From Bacteroidota bacterium (GTDB lineage: Bacteria > Bacteroidota > Bacteroidia > NS11-12g > UBA955), in the NCBI GenBank assembly GCA_947496065.1, contig CANMBF010000009.1, positions 2,955 to 66,954 on the forward strand: 64,000 nt of DNA, read 5' to 3'. Under the pieces are notes generated by a model. That model did no database searches. It had not been told where the DNA came from and saw only the letters and a list, made by a program, of their open reading frames with translations. Every line of letters begins with the position of its first letter. Positions within the stretch are counted from its first letter, which is position 1. Shown piece after piece: positions 62,556 to 64,000 of the stretch. The position numbers and the translations under genes were made by a program.

Positions 62556-62997
62556 GTAATAATTCTAAATATCTTTTGTTACTTTTAACATCCATATTGG
62601 TAAAAAAGTTCTCTTGCGATTTAATGATTGAAAACTGCAAAGGAAAAATACCATCTATTTTTTTTTCGTTGTCTATGGCTTTAACAGCGCGCTCAAAATA
62701 GCCATAGATATCCTCGCCAGAACAAATTAAAAAATAATCGAATAAGGGTCTGCTTTGATAAATAACGCCTGCACTGCCTCTGTTCTGAACCAAGTACCAT
62801 TTTAATTCAACATCTTCGAAGGTTTGAAAAAAATGCAAATGCTCGCTTCTATTAGACGTAACATCACCAACAACCCAATCTTCATTCATAGTTAATTGCA
62901 TATCAAAATTGTGGTTCACTATCCATGCTACTTGATAGCCTGGAAGGTTAGCTTTGATGCCAGCAATTTTTAAATCTGTTGGAGACGTTTTATTCAC
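62548..62997 (-). CDS. IPExxxVDY-family-like protein
   Basis: Position upstream of pyk typical of Bacteroidota; Y.VAW..N, L.QN, DYFL motifs. Confidence 0.65.
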   Translation of the reverse strand: MNKTSPTDLKIAGIKANLPGYQVAWIVNHNFDMQLTMNEDWVVGDVTSNRSEHLHFFQTFEDVELKWYLVQNRGSAGVIYQSRPLFDYFLICSGEDIYGYFERAVKAIDNEKKIDGIFPLQFSIIKSQENFFTNMDVKSNKRYLELLHV

Positions 62998-63077
62998 GCT
63001 TTTGTACTTCAGTTGATTTTGTAAAAACGAAGTTCGAATTTACAACAAGTTTTAACAACTTGTTCAATTAATCGTTA

Positions 63078-64000
63078 TTAAGACGTTATAGTTCTATTTA
63101 ATGCTGAAAGTACTTTCTCTACTGGTAAATCATTCATACAACTTACACCTGTCACACATTGTCCTCTATAGAAACAAAGACACTCTTTATCAGGCGCAAC
63201 AATTTCGCCATTGCCAAACAAGTCAAATTCATTTGGATTAAAGATATTATTCATTAAAATAATTTTCTTTTGCAAGCCTAGTGTTAGGTGCATGCCCATT
63301 GTAACTTGGGTTACCACTAAATCACACTGATCAATTAAATTGATAAACTGAGGCAATGGGAAAAAGCCGAGGTACTTGGCGCCTGAAGCGGCTTGTATTT
63401 CTTTATTTCTAGGATCTTCTTGTTCGCCTCCTAACAATAAAACTTCATATCCTTGGGCCAACAATTGTTTGGCCAAATCAGCAAAATAATGTTTCGGCCA
63501 AAGGCGCGTGGTCCATCGGTCCCCACAACCTGTATTCAATCCAATTATTTTTTTTGTTCTGTCAATTTGTGGCCAAGTAAAACCTTTGTCAGCATGGTTA
63601 TCTAACAAATAAGATTCGCCACTGTATTCCATATCGCACAACCGAAAAATTTCTTGACAATAGTTCATCGTATTGGATTTGCTCACATCATCAAATAAGC
63701 CTGTATGGAATTTGTGATTGGCCAAATCGTTCATGGGTTGAGAAACATTATCTTTCAACACATAGCCATATTTATGTTTAGCTTTTACCGTTAATAAAAG
63801 TGCCGATGCTTCTTTTTCTTTATCTAAATTAATGGCAATATCAAATTCAGCATGTTGTAAATACATGGCCGAGGCATAATCAAATTTCAAAATTTCATCT
63901 ATTTGACCCTTCGGTAAAATGGCTGGGGTCATGGTTAACCAAGTAATTTTACAATTCGGATACATGGCTTTGTATTTGGTCACTAAGGGCGTAGTGCGAA
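63078..64000 (-). CDS. Glycosyltransferase family 9 (heptosyltransferase-like); 5' end outside the window
   Basis: RTTPL..., IGLNTG.G.RW..R.WP, LLGG, C.CFY...C....CM. Confidence 0.85.
   Translation of the reverse strand, partial: RTTPLVTKYKAMYPNCKITWLTMTPAILPKGQIDEILKFDYASAMYLQHAEFDIAINLDKEKEASALLLTVKAKHKYGYVLKDNVSQPMNDLANHKFHTGLFDDVSKSNTMNYCQEIFRLCDMEYSGESYLLDNHADKGFTWPQIDRTKKIIGLNTGCGDRWTTRLWPKHYFADLAKQLLAQGYEVLLLGGEQEDPRNKEIQAASGAKYLGFFPLPQFINLIDQCDLVVTQVTMGMHLTLGLQKKIILMNNIFNPNEFDLFGNGEIVAPDKECLCFYRGQCVTGVSCMNDLPVEKVLSALNRTITS

Overview
This is an AT-rich chromosomal window from a Bacteroidota bacterium, as shown by TAnnTTTG promoters, T9SS C-terminal sorting domains, an IPExxxVDY-pyk pair, a fused alpha/beta ketoacid dehydrogenase and an alpha2-type GlyRS. 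Housekeeping genes occupy 1-18.3 kb (gcvP start, GH1, clpB, DUF349, tRNA-Ser, ABC exporter, lpxH, prfA, glyQS, rpmE2) and 44.9-64 kb (Fe-S protein, fbaB, accD, gcvH, BCKDH, acyl-CoA ligase, gmd, L,D-transpeptidase, pyk, GT9). The accessory middle has three parts: (i) an 11-kb beta-glucan utilisation locus with no SusC/SusD but two tandem unknown outer-membrane beta-barrels plus CBM-like lipoproteins; (ii) a T9SS BNR/VPS10 protein, a patatin and an HTH regulator in spacers rich in REP-like sequences and a four-times-repeated palindrome; (iii) a low-GC ATP-grasp plus two-desaturase operon next to a GIY-YIG gene and tRNA-Phe. The most striking non-coding signal is that both tRNA genes are followed by the same architecture: terminator, TTTTTTATGC, an inverted copy of that tRNA's own 3' trailer, then GGGATCAC or GGGTCCAC. 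One of these carries a GIY-YIG nuclease gene and the other a 103-bp tandem amplification. All product calls come from motif recognition by eye; no searches were run.
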